Shown in pieces: positions 53,417-63,935 of a stretch of DNA of 64,000 nucleotides. The position numbers and the translations under genes are program-made. The stretch comes from an uncultured Haloferula sp. Its GTDB lineage: Bacteria; Verrucomicrobiota; Verrucomicrobiia; Verrucomicrobiales; Akkermansiaceae. Numbering within the stretch: position 1 is the stretch's first letter; every line of letters begins with the position of its first letter. The notes below the pieces were generated by a model, which saw only the letters and a program-made list of their open reading frames with translations, had not been told where the DNA came from and ran no database searches. The DNA lies in NCBI GenBank assembly GCA_965652295.1, contig CBFGTS010000007.1, positions 161,873 through 225,872 on the forward strand. The letters are read 5' to 3'.

Positions 53417-54018
53417 CATGCCCTCCGGGAGAGTTCCGAAGCCAGCCACGCCTCGAAGCCGGGGTGGTCGTTGAGATCGTATTGATGGCAACGGAATCCC
53501 AGCTCCCGGCCGGTGGCGATGTTGGCCGGCAGATCGTCGATGTAGAGAGTCGCGGCAGGGACCAGCCCGTGCGTCTCGGCGACGTGGTGGTAAATGGCCG
53601 GCTCGGGTTTGATCAGGCGGGCGAGGTAGGAGCACGTGCCGCCCTCGAAGTGGCGGAAAACTTCGTAGGTCTCGAATACCCACGGCGCGTGGATCGGATT
53701 GATGTTTGAGAAATAGAGCAGCCGGTGGCCGTCGGCCCGGAGGCGCTCGACCGTTTCCCACATCGGCAGGTTCGGCGTGAAAATCCCGCGCCACGCGGCG
53801 ATGAAGCTGCCGCGATCGGCCCCCGGGCCGAGGTGGAGTTCCGCCTGGGTGAGGTAGGCTTCCAGGTCGATGTCGCCGCGCTCGAAGGCGTCCTTGTCGC
53901 CGAGCAGCCGTCGCATCCGGCCGTCCGGATCGGGGTCGCCGGCGGGAACAAGGCGCCTCAGGGAGGTTTCAAAGTCGAAATCCAGAAGGACCTTGCCGAT
54001 GTCGAAGAGCAGCGTCAT
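53416..54018 (-). CDS. HAD-family phosphatase
   Basis: LLFDIGKVL, FSN, KPEPAIY, YIDD. Confidence 0.9.
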   Translation of the reverse strand: MTLLFDIGKVLLDFDFETSLRRLVPAGDPDPDGRMRRLLGDKDAFERGDIDLEAYLTQAELHLGPGADRGSFIAAWRGIFTPNLPMWETVERLRADGHRLLYFSNINPIHAPWVFETYEVFRHFEGGTCSYLARLIKPEPAIYHHVAETHGLVPAATLYIDDLPANIATGRELGFRCHQYDLNDHPGFEAWLASELSRRA

Positions 54019-54105
54019 GGAGTCGGGCCGACCCTATCGATCGGCACCCGGGCGGCAAGCGAGCCTTGACCGGGCCGCCGGGTTTTATTCATTTGAACAC
54101 GTTCC

Positions 54106-56220
54106 ATGGCTGGCATCGCGGCAAAAGAACTCGTCTCCGAGCCGCTCGAAGCGCTGAAGAAGCACTTCGGGCACGGCGGATTTCTCGACGGCCAGGACCG
54201 GGTGATTTCGCAGATCGTCTCGGGAAAGGACGGCTTGGTCGTGATGCCGACCGGTGGCGGTAAATCGCTGTGTTACCAGCTCCCGGCGATGTGTTTCCGC
54301 GGCGTGACGCTGGTCGTTTCCCCGCTGATCGCGCTGATGAAGGATCAGGTTGATGCTCTGGTGGCGAAAGGCATCCCGGCGACCCTGATCAACTCGACCG
54401 TGCCGTGGGACGAGCAGCGCGTCCGTCTCGACGGGATGCGGTCGGGGAAATGGAAACTGGTCTACGTGGCACCAGAACGCTTCCGCGCGGAGTCGTTCCT
54501 ACGCGCGCTGGAAGGCGTGGAGGTGTCGCTGTTCGCCGTCGATGAGGCCCACTGCCTGAGCCAGTGGGGCCACGATTTCCGTCCCGACTACATGCGGCTG
54601 GGCAAGGCGCTCGACAAGATCGGCCGTCCGCAGTGTGTGGCCCTGACCGCGACCGCCACGCCGGTGGTCCGCGAGGACATCCTCAAGGTCCTGAAGCTGC
54701 GCGACCCTTTCGAAGTGGTCAGCGGTTTCTCGCGGCCGAACCTTTCACTGGCGATCACGCCGGTGGACAAGAAACAGCAGAAGCTGGAACGCGTGCGGGC
54801 GATCGTCAGCGAGCACCGCACGGGCATCGTCTACTGCGCCACACGGAAAAAGGTCGAGGAGGTGGGCGAGACGCTGGCCGCGTGGGGCATGAAGGTCACC
54901 GCCTACCACGGTGGCATGAGCGATGGCGAGCGCGAGAAGGCGCAGGAGATCTTCCTTTCGCGGAAAGCGGACGTGGCGGTGGCGACGAACGCCTTCGGCA
55001 TGGGCATCGATCGCGCGGACGTCCGCTTCGTGATCCACTACGAGCTGCCCGGAAGCGTGGAAGCCTATTATCAGGAAGCGGGCCGGGCCGGTCGCGATGG
55101 CGAATCGGCGGTGTGCGAGCTGCTCTTCAACTACGCCGACACCCGTACCCAGGAGTTTTTCATCGAGGGTGCGAACCCCGGAGCCCAGGCAATCCGCGAC
55201 ATCTACCGCTATCTGCTCGGGACGGCGGACAAGGAACACGAGGTGCATCGCAGCATTGAAGACATCGCCGAGGGTGCCGGACTGAAGAACTCGATGGCGG
55301 TGGGCAGCGCCTTGGCCACGCTGGCCCGGGCGGGCTACATCGAACGTTTCGATATTCCGGGCAAACGGATGCGCGGCACTCGTTTGCGGCGACCGGAGGT
55401 GTTTCCTGAAGCGCTCGAAATCGATGAAGCCGCGCTGGAGGAAAAAGAGGCCCGCGACCGCGAGAAGCTCAAGTCGATGGTCGAGATGTGCTACGCCCGC
55501 GTCTGCCGGCAGCAATGGATTCTCGAGTATTTCGGTGAGGAGGAGGCGGATACCTGCGGGTGCTGCGACGTGTGTCAGGACGATGGCGGCGAGGACCGCG
55601 CGCCAACGGATGAGGAACACGTCACGGTGCGCAAGGCATTGTCCGGCGTGGCGCGGATGTCGCGGCAGACCCCGCAGGGATGGGAGGGGAGATTCGGCCG
55701 TGGAAAGATCGTGCTGATGCTCCTCGGCAGCCGCTCCCAGGAGATGGCCGCCGCGGGGCTCGATCAGCTCAGCACCTACGGGATTCTTGCGGAAAAGGGC
55801 AGCGGCTACGTGAACGGACTTTTCCGTTCCATGACCGATGCCGGGCTGCTGAGAGTGGACGTGGGAGAGTATCCACTGGTCACCCTCACCGATCGCGGTG
55901 AGCGGGTGATGAAGGGCAGCAAGAGCTACCGGCTGGTGTGGCCATCCGCCCACGGCGGGGGATCGGCGGGGGGCTGCGGGCAGCTCGATGACCACGGTTT
56001 CGACCCCGGGCTCTACGAAAAGCTCCGCGAACTGCGTGCCAAGATCGCCGGAGCGCAGCAGGTTCCACCCTACGTCGTTTTCAGCAACAAGACCCTGGAG
56101 GCCCTCTGCCGCTACCGCCCGCAGACGCTCGACGAAGGCATGGCGGTGCCCGGTGTCGGCGAGGTCAAGGCCCAGCGCTTTCTCCGCGGCTTTTTGAACG
56201 TGATCCACGAGTGGCGCTGA
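54106..56220 (+). CDS. recQ: RecQ family ATP-dependent DNA helicase
   Basis: [27 protein letters not shown], Zn-binding CRQ...CGCCDVC, RQC and HRDC domains. Confidence 0.93.
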   Translation: MAGIAAKELVSEPLEALKKHFGHGGFLDGQDRVISQIVSGKDGLVVMPTGGGKSLCYQLPAMCFRGVTLVVSPLIALMKDQVDALVAKGIPATLINSTVPWDEQRVRLDGMRSGKWKLVYVAPERFRAESFLRALEGVEVSLFAVDEAHCLSQWGHDFRPDYMRLGKALDKIGRPQCVALTATATPVVREDILKVLKLRDPFEVVSGFSRPNLSLAITPVDKKQQKLERVRAIVSEHRTGIVYCATRKKVEEVGETLAAWGMKVTAYHGGMSDGEREKAQEIFLSRKADVAVATNAFGMGIDRADVRFVIHYELPGSVEAYYQEAGRAGRDGESAVCELLFNYADTRTQEFFIEGANPGAQAIRDIYRYLLGTADKEHEVHRSIEDIAEGAGLKNSMAVGSALATLARAGYIERFDIPGKRMRGTRLRRPEVFPEALEIDEAALEEKEARDREKLKSMVEMCYARVCRQQWILEYFGEEEADTCGCCDVCQDDGGEDRAPTDEEHVTVRKALSGVARMSRQTPQGWEGRFGRGKIVLMLLGSRSQEMAAAGLDQLSTYGILAEKGSGYVNGLFRSMTDAGLLRVDVGEYPLVTLTDRGERVMKGSKSYRLVWPSAHGGGSAGGCGQLDDHGFDPGLYEKLRELRAKIAGAQQVPPYVVFSNKTLEALCRYRPQTLDEGMAVPGVGEVKAQRFLRGFLNVIHEWR

Positions 56221-56329
56221 ATCGTGGCGGCGGATTTCATCCTCCAGGCCTCCACCTGAATCGATGGCATGGCGGATGAGATCCGCCGCCACTTGACCGA
56301 GGGGGACGCTGCCATCACCTTTCCCGGCC

Positions 56330-56803
56330 ATGGCTGGCACGAAATCGGTTCTCTTCGTTTGCACGGGAAATACCTGCCGTAGCCCTCTGGCGGAGGCGCT
56401 GTTCCGCGAGGCGGTGAAGGAGCGGGAGGATTTCGCGGTCGCTTCCGCCGGCGTGGCGGCCTACCCGGGCTCGCCGATGAGTGGCGACTCGCTGGCGATC
56501 CTGCAAAAGCGTGGCATCGACGTCGGCCAATTCCTCAGCCAGCCGGTGACCGACGAACTCCTCGCGGAGGCCACGCATGTGTTCGCCATGACCAGCGGCC
56601 ATCTGGCGGCCCTGCTTTCCCAGTGGCCCGAGTACGAAGACAAGTGCTACCTGATGTGCGAATTCGTCGATCTCCCCGGCCGCGGCGTGGCCGCCGACGT
56701 GCCCGACCCGATCGGCATGGGCCGCAAGGCCTACGAGGAGGTCGAAAAGACCTTCGACGCCGCCATCCCCAGCCTGATCGCCTTCATCGACCAGACTTCC
56801 TGA
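56330..56803 (+). CDS. Low molecular weight protein arginine/tyrosine phosphatase (YwlE-like)
   Basis: [21 protein letters not shown]. Confidence 0.92.
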   Translation: MAGTKSVLFVCTGNTCRSPLAEALFREAVKEREDFAVASAGVAAYPGSPMSGDSLAILQKRGIDVGQFLSQPVTDELLAEATHVFAMTSGHLAALLSQWPEYEDKCYLMCEFVDLPGRGVAADVPDPIGMGRKAYEEVEKTFDAAIPSLIAFIDQTS

Positions 56804-56879
56804 GTTCGGCCCCCCAGACGGGGGTTGCATTTCCCCGGCTGCTGGGCCATTTCCCTGCGGCCATCCCTACCCGTTTCCC

Positions 56880-58553
56880 ATGAGCGAGAAGACCATGAAA
56901 ATTGCCGTCGGCGCCGATCACGGCGGAGTCGAACTGAAGGAAACCCTTGTTGCCTACCTCAAGGGGAAGGGCCATGAGGTCACCGACTTCGGAACCCACG
57001 GCAGCGACTCGGTCGATTACTCGGATTTCGCCAATCTCGTCGGCCGGGCGGTCTCGGATTTCACGCACGACCGCGGCGTGCTCTGCTGCACCTCCGGGGT
57101 CGGCGTCTGCATGGCGGTCAACCGCTTCGACCACGTCCAGGGCGCGAACGTCCGCACGGTCGAGGAAACGATCATCACCCGCCAGCACAACGACGCCAAC
57201 GTGCTCTGCCTCGGCGGCAAGGTCGTTGATATCGAGACCGGCAAGGCGATGATCGACGCTTTTCTTTCCACTGAATTCGAAGGTGGCCGCCATGAACGCC
57301 GCGTCTGCAAGGCCTCCGGCTCCCGCATCGCGGAAACGGATCCCGACATTTATGCCGCCATCGTCGATGAAGAGAAGCGCCAGCGTTTCAACATCGAGCT
57401 GATCGCCTCGGAAAACTTCGCCTCGCCCGCCGTGATGGAGGCCCAGGGTTCGGTGCTGACGAACAAGTATGCCGAGGGTTACCCGGGGAAACGTTGGTAT
57501 GGCGGCTGTGAGAACGTCGATGTGGTCGAAACGATCGCCATCGAGCGCGCCAAGAAGCTCTTCGGAGGCGAGCACGCGAACGTCCAGCCGCACTCCGGCT
57601 CGCAGGCAAATACGGCGGTTTATTTCTCCGTCCTCAAGCCCGGCGACAAGATCCTCACCATGGACCTCGCCCACGGCGGCCACCTCACCCATGGTCATAA
57701 GGCGAACTTTTCCGGCCGCTTCTACGACGTCACCCACTACGGCGTGAGTGAGGAGGACGAGCGGATCGACTACGATCACCTCGCCGAACTCGCCCGCGAG
57801 GTGAACCCGGCGCTCATCACCTGCGGGGCTTCGGCCTACTCACGCGTGATCGATTTCGAACGCATGGCGAAGATCGCCAAGGAGGTTGGAGCCTACCTGT
57901 TCGTCGACATGGCCCACATTGCCGGACTGGTTGCCGCAGGGGTCCACCCGAACCCGGTGCCGCACGCGGATTTCGTGACCTCCACCACCCACAAGTCGCT
58001 CCGCGGCCCACGTGGCGGGATCATCCTGTGCAAGGAGGAGTTCGCGAAGAAGATCGACTCCCAGGTTTTCCCCGGCATCCAGGGCGGGCCCCTGATGCAC
58101 GTCATTGCCGCGAAAGCCGTGTGCTTCGGCGAGGCGCTCAAGGAGGACTTCAAGGGCTATCAGGAGCAGGTCGTGAAGAACGCGCAGACGATGGCCGCGC
58201 GGCTGACCGAGCACGGATACCGGATCGTTTCCGGCGGCACCGACAACCACGTCATGATGGTCGATCTGCGGTCGAAGAACCTCAATGGTTCCGAGGCCTC
58301 CACCACGCTCGACGAAGCCGGCATCACGGTGAACAAGAACTCGATTCCTTTCGATACCGGGACCCCGATGAAGCCAAGCGGCATCCGCATCGGCACCCCG
58401 GCCGTGACGACCCGCGGGATGAAAGAAACGGACATTCGCCAAGTGGCCGATTTCATCCACGAGGCGCTGCAGAACGTCGGCAACGAGTCGGCGCTCCACG
58501 CGCTGCGTGACCGCGTGCACGATTTCATGCGCGCGTTTCCGATGCCGCGGTAA
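56880..58553 (+). CDS. glyA: Ribose-5-phosphate isomerase B / serine hydroxymethyltransferase fusion
   Basis: [32 protein letters not shown] (RpiB), then [27 protein letters not shown] (SHMT) in one frame. Confidence 0.95.
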   Translation: MSEKTMKIAVGADHGGVELKETLVAYLKGKGHEVTDFGTHGSDSVDYSDFANLVGRAVSDFTHDRGVLCCTSGVGVCMAVNRFDHVQGANVRTVEETIITRQHNDANVLCLGGKVVDIETGKAMIDAFLSTEFEGGRHERRVCKASGSRIAETDPDIYAAIVDEEKRQRFNIELIASENFASPAVMEAQGSVLTNKYAEGYPGKRWYGGCENVDVVETIAIERAKKLFGGEHANVQPHSGSQANTAVYFSVLKPGDKILTMDLAHGGHLTHGHKANFSGRFYDVTHYGVSEEDERIDYDHLAELAREVNPALITCGASAYSRVIDFERMAKIAKEVGAYLFVDMAHIAGLVAAGVHPNPVPHADFVTSTTHKSLRGPRGGIILCKEEFAKKIDSQVFPGIQGGPLMHVIAAKAVCFGEALKEDFKGYQEQVVKNAQTMAARLTEHGYRIVSGGTDNHVMMVDLRSKNLNGSEASTTLDEAGITVNKNSIPFDTGTPMKPSGIRIGTPAVTTRGMKETDIRQVADFIHEALQNVGNESALHALRDRVHDFMRAFPMPR

Positions 58554-58615
58554 GGGGCTGGGGAGCTTGTCTCTGAGCCATCTGGTTCATCCGGCGGTTC
58601 GCCCCGGGTGAACCA

Positions 58616-58807
58616 TCAGTCGAATGCCTTGGGGTCTTCCGCGAGGCGTTTCAAGGCGGCCGCATCCAGTTGATCTTTCTCGCGCCCGAATCTCTCAGTT
58701 AGCACTGTCTCATTGACGGGGAAGCTTACACAGTCTTTCGAGCGGGCTCCGCTTCGAAAGCGTGCCGCCTACTTTTTCTTCAGAGGCTCCCTGAAGGGAT
58801 CGGTCAT
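58616..58807 (-). pseudogene. Degraded nucleotidyltransferase-like remnant
   Basis: C-terminal GREKDQLDAAALKRLAEDPKAFD* with in-frame stops upstream. Confidence 0.35.
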
Positions 58808-58966
58808 GATGGGAAGCTAGGATGCAGTAAGCCTCTTGCCAAGGTCGGCTTGCTTGGAGGAGGGACGCCCTCGTCCCTCAAAGGTGGCAGCGCTCCGTTC
58901 GGAGCCGCCGTCTGGTTCTCTCAAGCCGCTGCATGGGTCGTGGCAGAAGGGCATGCCGCCTCCTAC

Positions 58967-60043
58967 TCAGATCGGCTCCAGCCCGGGCGCGCCGATTTCC
59001 TCCGCCAGCTCGTTGAACTCGGCGATTTCCGCGGCGGTGAAATGCAGTCCTCCGGCTTCGTCGGAACGCTTGCGCGCCTCGGCCTCGAACTGGCCGGGGA
59101 GGATGCAGCCCTCGTTGCCGTGGCCGAAGATGTCGGCGATGACTTCCTTCAGGTTCTCCATCTGGCTGCGGCCCTTGGCGAAGGCTCCGCCGGAGATGGC
59201 TTCCGGATGGATGACGTGGAAGTAGAAGGCGGTCGTGGTTTTCTCGCCCTCTGGAGCCTGTGCGGCGCGACCCCGGAGCGTCGGCAACGAGCCGCCGATC
59301 AGCCCGCCGTAGAGTTCGTTGAGGAGGCACATCGCATAGCCCTTGTGCGCGCCGAAGGGCAGCAGCGCGGCGACCTCGTTCGGGTCGGTGGTGGGGTTGC
59401 CGTCCTTGTCTACGGCGGCGTTCGGCGGCAGCGATTTGCCCTCGCGCTTGAGCGCCTGCACGCGGCCCATGGCGACGACCGAGGTCGCCCAATCGCTCAC
59501 CAGCGGGAAACCGACGGCATCCATCGTAGGCAGTCCCCACGAGTGCGGGTTGGTGCCGAGGGTGGGGAACCTTCCGCCGAAAGGCACCACTTCGGCCAGC
59601 GCGGAGGTGCAGTTGGTGTAGGCGATGTAGCCGCGCTCGGCGGCCTCCATCACGTAGCCGCCGCCCCACAGGTAGTGGAAGGCGTTGTCGACCGCGACCT
59701 GGCCGATGCCGTACTCGTCGGCCAGCTCGATGCAGCGATCGATCGCCCGGTAGGCCACGCTCTGGCCGAGCTTGCGGTTGGCGTTCCAGATTTCGGAGCC
59801 CTTGAAGCGCGATGGCACCACTTCGATTTCCGCCCCCGGCGTGCAGCCCCCGACGGCCGACCCGAACAGGTGGTCGAGGTGCAGCGCCTTGAGCGCGTGG
59901 TGGGTGCGGATGCCGTGGCGTGCGGCTTCGGCGGCAAGCTTCGAGCCTTCGGCCGCCTCGTCAGCGGTGAACCCGCGGGCCTGGTAGGCGGCGGAAACAA
60001 GTTGATCGTGGGCTTCGCGGGAGACGGTGAGGAATTCGGACAT
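58967..60043 (-). CDS. Ldh_2 family (malate/L-lactate dehydrogenase-like) oxidoreductase
   Basis: GIRTHH, LGTNPHS, DWATS, LLPFGAHKGYA, LPG. Confidence 0.88.
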   Translation of the reverse strand: MSEFLTVSREAHDQLVSAAYQARGFTADEAAEGSKLAAEAARHGIRTHHALKALHLDHLFGSAVGGCTPGAEIEVVPSRFKGSEIWNANRKLGQSVAYRAIDRCIELADEYGIGQVAVDNAFHYLWGGGYVMEAAERGYIAYTNCTSALAEVVPFGGRFPTLGTNPHSWGLPTMDAVGFPLVSDWATSVVAMGRVQALKREGKSLPPNAAVDKDGNPTTDPNEVAALLPFGAHKGYAMCLLNELYGGLIGGSLPTLRGRAAQAPEGEKTTTAFYFHVIHPEAISGGAFAKGRSQMENLKEVIADIFGHGNEGCILPGQFEAEARKRSDEAGGLHFTAAEIAEFNELAEEIGAPGLEPI

Positions 60044-60170
60044 GGCTTTGGTGCCTGCGAGGGAAGCAAAGTTGTCGGACAACTCAAGCGACGAGTGTGT
60101 CCGGCAGGTGACTTTTCCCGGTTCACACCAGCTCTGGCATGAGACGCTCCACCCGACCGGATTCCCGACG

Positions 60171-60204
60171 AAAAACGCCCGGCTCCACAGCGGAGACGGG
60201 CGTT
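60171..60204 (-). terminator. Terminator after tsf
   Basis: Minus strand AACGCCCGTCTCC...GGAGCCGGGCGTT followed by a T-run. Confidence 0.75.
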
Positions 60205-60229
60205 GGGAAAGGGGCGGGGAGAACCGCGG

Positions 60230-61096
60230 TTATTCGCCGAGGCCGAAGCGGACGAAGCGGCGGACGACGAGCGTGTCGCCGACCTGCTTGCCGGTGGCTT
60301 CGACGAGCTTCTTGATAGTGGTGTCCGGGTCCTTGACGAAGGCCTGCTCGAGGAGGCAGTTCTCGGAGTAGAAGCGGCCGAGCTTACCGATCAGGATCTT
60401 CTCTATCATCTCGGCGGGCTTGCCTTCGTCGGCGAGCTGGACGCGGAAGATCTCCTTCTCCTTTTCGACGACGTCGTCAGCGATGTCCTCGCGGGCGAGG
60501 CCCTTCGGGTTGGCGGCGGCGATGTGGAGGGTGACGTCCTTGATGAGGTTCTGGAACTCGTCTTTGGCCGCGGTTTCGCCCTGCTCGGCGCTGACTTCAA
60601 CCAGCACGCCGACCTTGCCGCCCATGTGGATGTATTGGGCGATGGCGCCGTTGCCTTCGACGTCGAAGCGCTCGAATTTGCGCAGCTGCATGTTTTCGCC
60701 GAGTTCGATGACCTTGGACTTCACAAAGTCGTCGACGGTCATGCCCTTGATGCTGATCTGAAGCGCCTCGTCGAGGGTCTTGGCGTCGCTGGCGGCCAGC
60801 GCGTCGGCGATGGCATCGACGAAGCCGACGAAGTTCTCGTTGCGGGAAACGAAGTCGGTCTCGCAGTTGACCTCGATGAGGATGCCGGTCTTGCCGTCGT
60901 CGGACAGGCGGGCGGCGATGATGCCTTCGGAAGCTTCGCGGTCGGCCTTGCCGGCGGCCTTGGCGATGCCCTTCTTGCGCAGGTAATCGATGGCGGCCTC
61001 AAGGTCACCGTTGGTTTCGGTGAGGGCCTTCTTGCAGTCCATCATGCCCGCGTTGGTCTTATCGCGGAGTTCTTTGACGAGTGATGCGGTGATCAT
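60230..61096 (-). CDS. tsf: Elongation factor Ts
   Basis: VKELRDKTNAGMMDCKKAL, EVNCETDFVS. Confidence 0.98.
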   Translation of the reverse strand: MITASLVKELRDKTNAGMMDCKKALTETNGDLEAAIDYLRKKGIAKAAGKADREASEGIIAARLSDDGKTGILIEVNCETDFVSRNENFVGFVDAIADALAASDAKTLDEALQISIKGMTVDDFVKSKVIELGENMQLRKFERFDVEGNGAIAQYIHMGGKVGVLVEVSAEQGETAAKDEFQNLIKDVTLHIAAANPKGLAREDIADDVVEKEKEIFRVQLADEGKPAEMIEKILIGKLGRFYSENCLLEQAFVKDPDTTIKKLVEATGKQVGDTLVVRRFVRFGLGE

Positions 61097-61198
61097 GGTT
61101 CTGGATAGGTGGAAATCGGTGGAAAATCGAACGGGGCGGAGCTTGGTCGAGCGATCGCCAGCCTGCCGCCCCGTCCGGGTAAGGATTCGTCAGGAGGT

Positions 61199-61882
61199 TC
61201 AGCCCTTGCGACCGACGACGAGGGAGTCGACGAGGTTCTGCAGGATGATCCGGATCGAGCGGACGGAGTCGTCGTTGGCCGGGATCGGGTAGTCGATGAT
61301 CGCCGGGTCGGCGTTCGAGTCGACCAGGGCGACGATCGGGATGTTGAGGCGGCGGGCTTCGGCGACGGCGATCGACTCGCGGGCGGAGTCGACGATGACG
61401 AGTGCATCGGGAAGGCCGTCCATGCCGCGGATGCCCTGGAGGTTGCGCTGCAGCTTGTGCATTTCGCGGGTCAGGGCGGCGAATTCCTTCTTGGAGATCG
61501 TCTTGAACTCGGGCGATTTCTCAAGGCCTTCGAGCCACTTGAGGCGCTCGATGGACTTCTTGACGGTGCTCATGTTGGTGAGCATGCCGCCGAGCCAACG
61601 GTGGTTGACGTAGAATTGCTTGGTGGCGTCCGCGGCTTCGCGAACGGCCTCCTGGGCCTGGCGTTTGCAACCGACGAAGAGGATCTTCTTGTTCTTGCCC
61701 GCGAGCTCGGTGAGGAAGTCGGAGGCCTTGTCGAGGCACTTGACGGTCTGCTCGAGGTTGATGATGTAGATCCCGCCCTTGTCCTTCATGAGGTAGGGCT
61801 TCATTTTCGGGTTCCACTTCTTGGTCTGGTGCCCGTAGTGGACGCCGGCGTCCACCATGTCGTTGATGAGTTCGTTGATCAT
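61199..61882 (-). CDS. rpsB: 30S ribosomal protein S2
   Basis: AGVHYGHQTKKWNPKM, RWLGGMLTN, PIPANDD. Confidence 0.98.
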   Translation of the reverse strand: MINELINDMVDAGVHYGHQTKKWNPKMKPYLMKDKGGIYIINLEQTVKCLDKASDFLTELAGKNKKILFVGCKRQAQEAVREAADATKQFYVNHRWLGGMLTNMSTVKKSIERLKWLEGLEKSPEFKTISKKEFAALTREMHKLQRNLQGIRGMDGLPDALVIVDSARESIAVAEARRLNIPIVALVDSNADPAIIDYPIPANDDSVRSIRIILQNLVDSLVVGRKG

Positions 61883-61985
61883 TAGGGTGTCCCGCCTTGA
61901 TTCAGGCCGGGCGATTTTCGGGAAACCCGCCGCATTTCAGTCCCTTCGGTCTCCCGGATTGTGGTGCGGCGGCGGAGGAAGGGAC
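61883..61985 (-). promoter_or_regulatory. Candidate structured rpsB 5' leader
   Basis: CCGCCGCA/TGCGGCGG stem (61927-61972) with inner stem, plus a second hairpin at 61891-61910. Confidence 0.45.
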
Positions 61986-62059
61986 GCGCGGGATAGGGGA
62001 GATGGCGGTTTTTGACAAGGCAAAAGGCGATTGTCGCGCAAGCGGACTGCTGAGGATTC

Positions 62060-62100
62060 GGGCCGGGATGGATGGGATCTGCTGGATGGATGGGATGGGT
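62060..62100. repeat. GGATG-rich repeat, degenerate copy
   Basis: GGGCCGGGATGGATGGGAT...GGATGGATGGGATGGG resembles the 22.3 kb and 28.9 kb elements. Confidence 0.55.
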
Positions 62101-62217
62101 TCTCAAGAGGAATGAGAGGGACGGGCGGCTTGCCTGTGAATCGAGGCAGTGCTCCCACCATCGGATTCTTGCCCGGTTGATCCTCCTGAGCCCTTGCACC
62201 CCATGGAGCTGTTGCAG

Positions 62218-63072
62218 TTACCACCAGGCGAGGCCGTGGCGGTTCCAGAACTGGGTGAGCTCGGCGGGGCTGCCGCGGAAGACGCTGCGCTCCATGGGGT
62301 GGGCCATGTTCCCGAAATACCGGGGGCTGCCCCAGCGGGCGGTGTTGTAGTGCTTGGCGCGGGAGCCGCCGTTCTCCCAGATGACGCCGCCATACTGCCA
62401 CATCATCCAGCTGTTCCAGACGCCGTATTGCTCGCAGAGGGAATCGGGGGTGAGATCGCCGCCCATCGAGCGCTCGGTGCCGCCGGGTCCGTAGAGGGCC
62501 AGCCAGTAGGGCGCGCGGCGGATGATCCGCTTCTGCTCCGGCGTGGCGGCGCGCATGCGGGCGCGGAAGCCGTCGCTGTTTTCGAGGTAAACGACCGGGG
62601 TGACGCCGGCGCGCTGCTCGACGCGCTGGATGAAGCGGACGAGGCGGTCGGGGGTGGAATGGGTGTCGAAATCGCCGACCAGCAGGATGCGGCGGTGGGA
62701 AAGCCCGCGGCTGCGGGCGATCGAGCGGACGCGGTCGATGAAGGCATCCGCCTGTGCGGCCGGGTCCTGGTCCATGGTGACGAAGTGATAAGCCCCGACC
62801 AGCATGCCGGTGCGGTCGGCCGATTGAATGAAGTCGGAGAACTTGTCGTCGAGCAGCGGCCCCTTGGCCGAGCGGGCGATCAGGGCGAGCGCTCCATTCC
62901 GCCGCATGGCGGAAACGTCGTGCTGCGAATAACGGTCACCGGAGCGCTGGACTTCCTTCGGGTCCCAGCCGGAAACATTGAGCACCGCGGGCGATCCACT
63001 GACGCTGGTGCCGCCGAAGCCGCCGCACTGGGTGAGGAGAGGAATGAGGAGAAAAAGAAGGAGCCGCTTCAT
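62218..63072 (-). CDS. GH25 lysozyme/muramidase-like protein, probable lipoprotein
   Basis: NVSGWD, LVGAYHF, QADAF, GDFD, YWLALY, MWQY. Confidence 0.82.
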   Translation of the reverse strand: MKRLLLFLLIPLLTQCGGFGGTSVSGSPAVLNVSGWDPKEVQRSGDRYSQHDVSAMRRNGALALIARSAKGPLLDDKFSDFIQSADRTGMLVGAYHFVTMDQDPAAQADAFIDRVRSIARSRGLSHRRILLVGDFDTHSTPDRLVRFIQRVEQRAGVTPVVYLENSDGFRARMRAATPEQKRIIRRAPYWLALYGPGGTERSMGGDLTPDSLCEQYGVWNSWMMWQYGGVIWENGGSRAKHYNTARWGSPRYFGNMAHPMERSVFRGSPAELTQFWNRHGLAWW

Positions 63073-63153
63073 GGGAACGAGTCCAACATGCCCGACGCGC
63101 GGCGGCAAGCTGGCGGCTTGTGTCGAAGAGGGCAGGTGGACAAGTTTCCGGAC

Positions 63154-63834
63154 GTGGAGGACACGAACCCTTATGCGCCGCCTTCGGTCACTCATCCGGA
63201 TGGCCGTCTGTCGACGGGGCACTGGCTGATCAGCGGCAAGTCCCTGTGGTTTCAGGATGGTGGACGGCTTCCTGAGATCGATCTCTTTGGAGGAGAGGAC
63301 GGGGAACTTCAGCAGACGCAGCGTGAGTTCAAGGCTCCCTGGGGAAACTCCGGTTGGGCCGCGGTTTTTTTCGTCTGTGCTGTCGTAGCAGGGCCAATGC
63401 TGGCCCAACCGCTGCGGGCGTGGATTCCGTCTCACGTCGCGGAGGCGGGGGTGGTGGTTATTGCCATTGGCGGCGTTTTGGTGATCGGGAACTGCTTTTC
63501 GAAGAAAGCGAAGCTCGTCTGGTATCAAAGGGCAGGAACGCGACGCCGGCGTGGGTGGTATTGGGTTTGGGTGGTGACCGCCTTTTCGGTCACTGCGGCT
63601 TGGGTCTGGGATCTGGTCGGCTCCGCGGGGATCGGATTCATGGCGGGAGCCGTGGTGATGGGCGTCATGGCGAGGGTGCTGGCTCGCTGGGGCTTGGTCT
63701 TGAGATGCCGGAGGGAAGACGGCGGGTGGTTTGAGATCGCGGGGATTTCGAAGGAGGTTCTTGAAATCCTAAAGCTTCACCAGAGGGACCAGCTTCCCCG
63801 GCGGGGACGGAATCGTCAGTGGAAGAAATTCTGA
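63154..63834 (+). CDS. Hypothetical membrane protein (N-terminal NPYAPP motif, 4 TM)
   Basis: GTG start at EDTNPYAPP; four hydrophobic segments. Confidence 0.65.
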   Translation: MEDTNPYAPPSVTHPDGRLSTGHWLISGKSLWFQDGGRLPEIDLFGGEDGELQQTQREFKAPWGNSGWAAVFFVCAVVAGPMLAQPLRAWIPSHVAEAGVVVIAIGGVLVIGNCFSKKAKLVWYQRAGTRRRRGWYWVWVVTAFSVTAAWVWDLVGSAGIGFMAGAVVMGVMARVLARWGLVLRCRREDGGWFEIAGISKEVLEILKLHQRDQLPRRGRNRQWKKF

Positions 63835-63935
63835 CCGAGCCGGATTTTCTCCTCCGAAATTCTTGACACCGGGCATGGCTGGACGCTTTCTTCCCGCCCG
63901 CGCCGCGAGAGCGACGCGACCGGCGAAAGCCGAAC

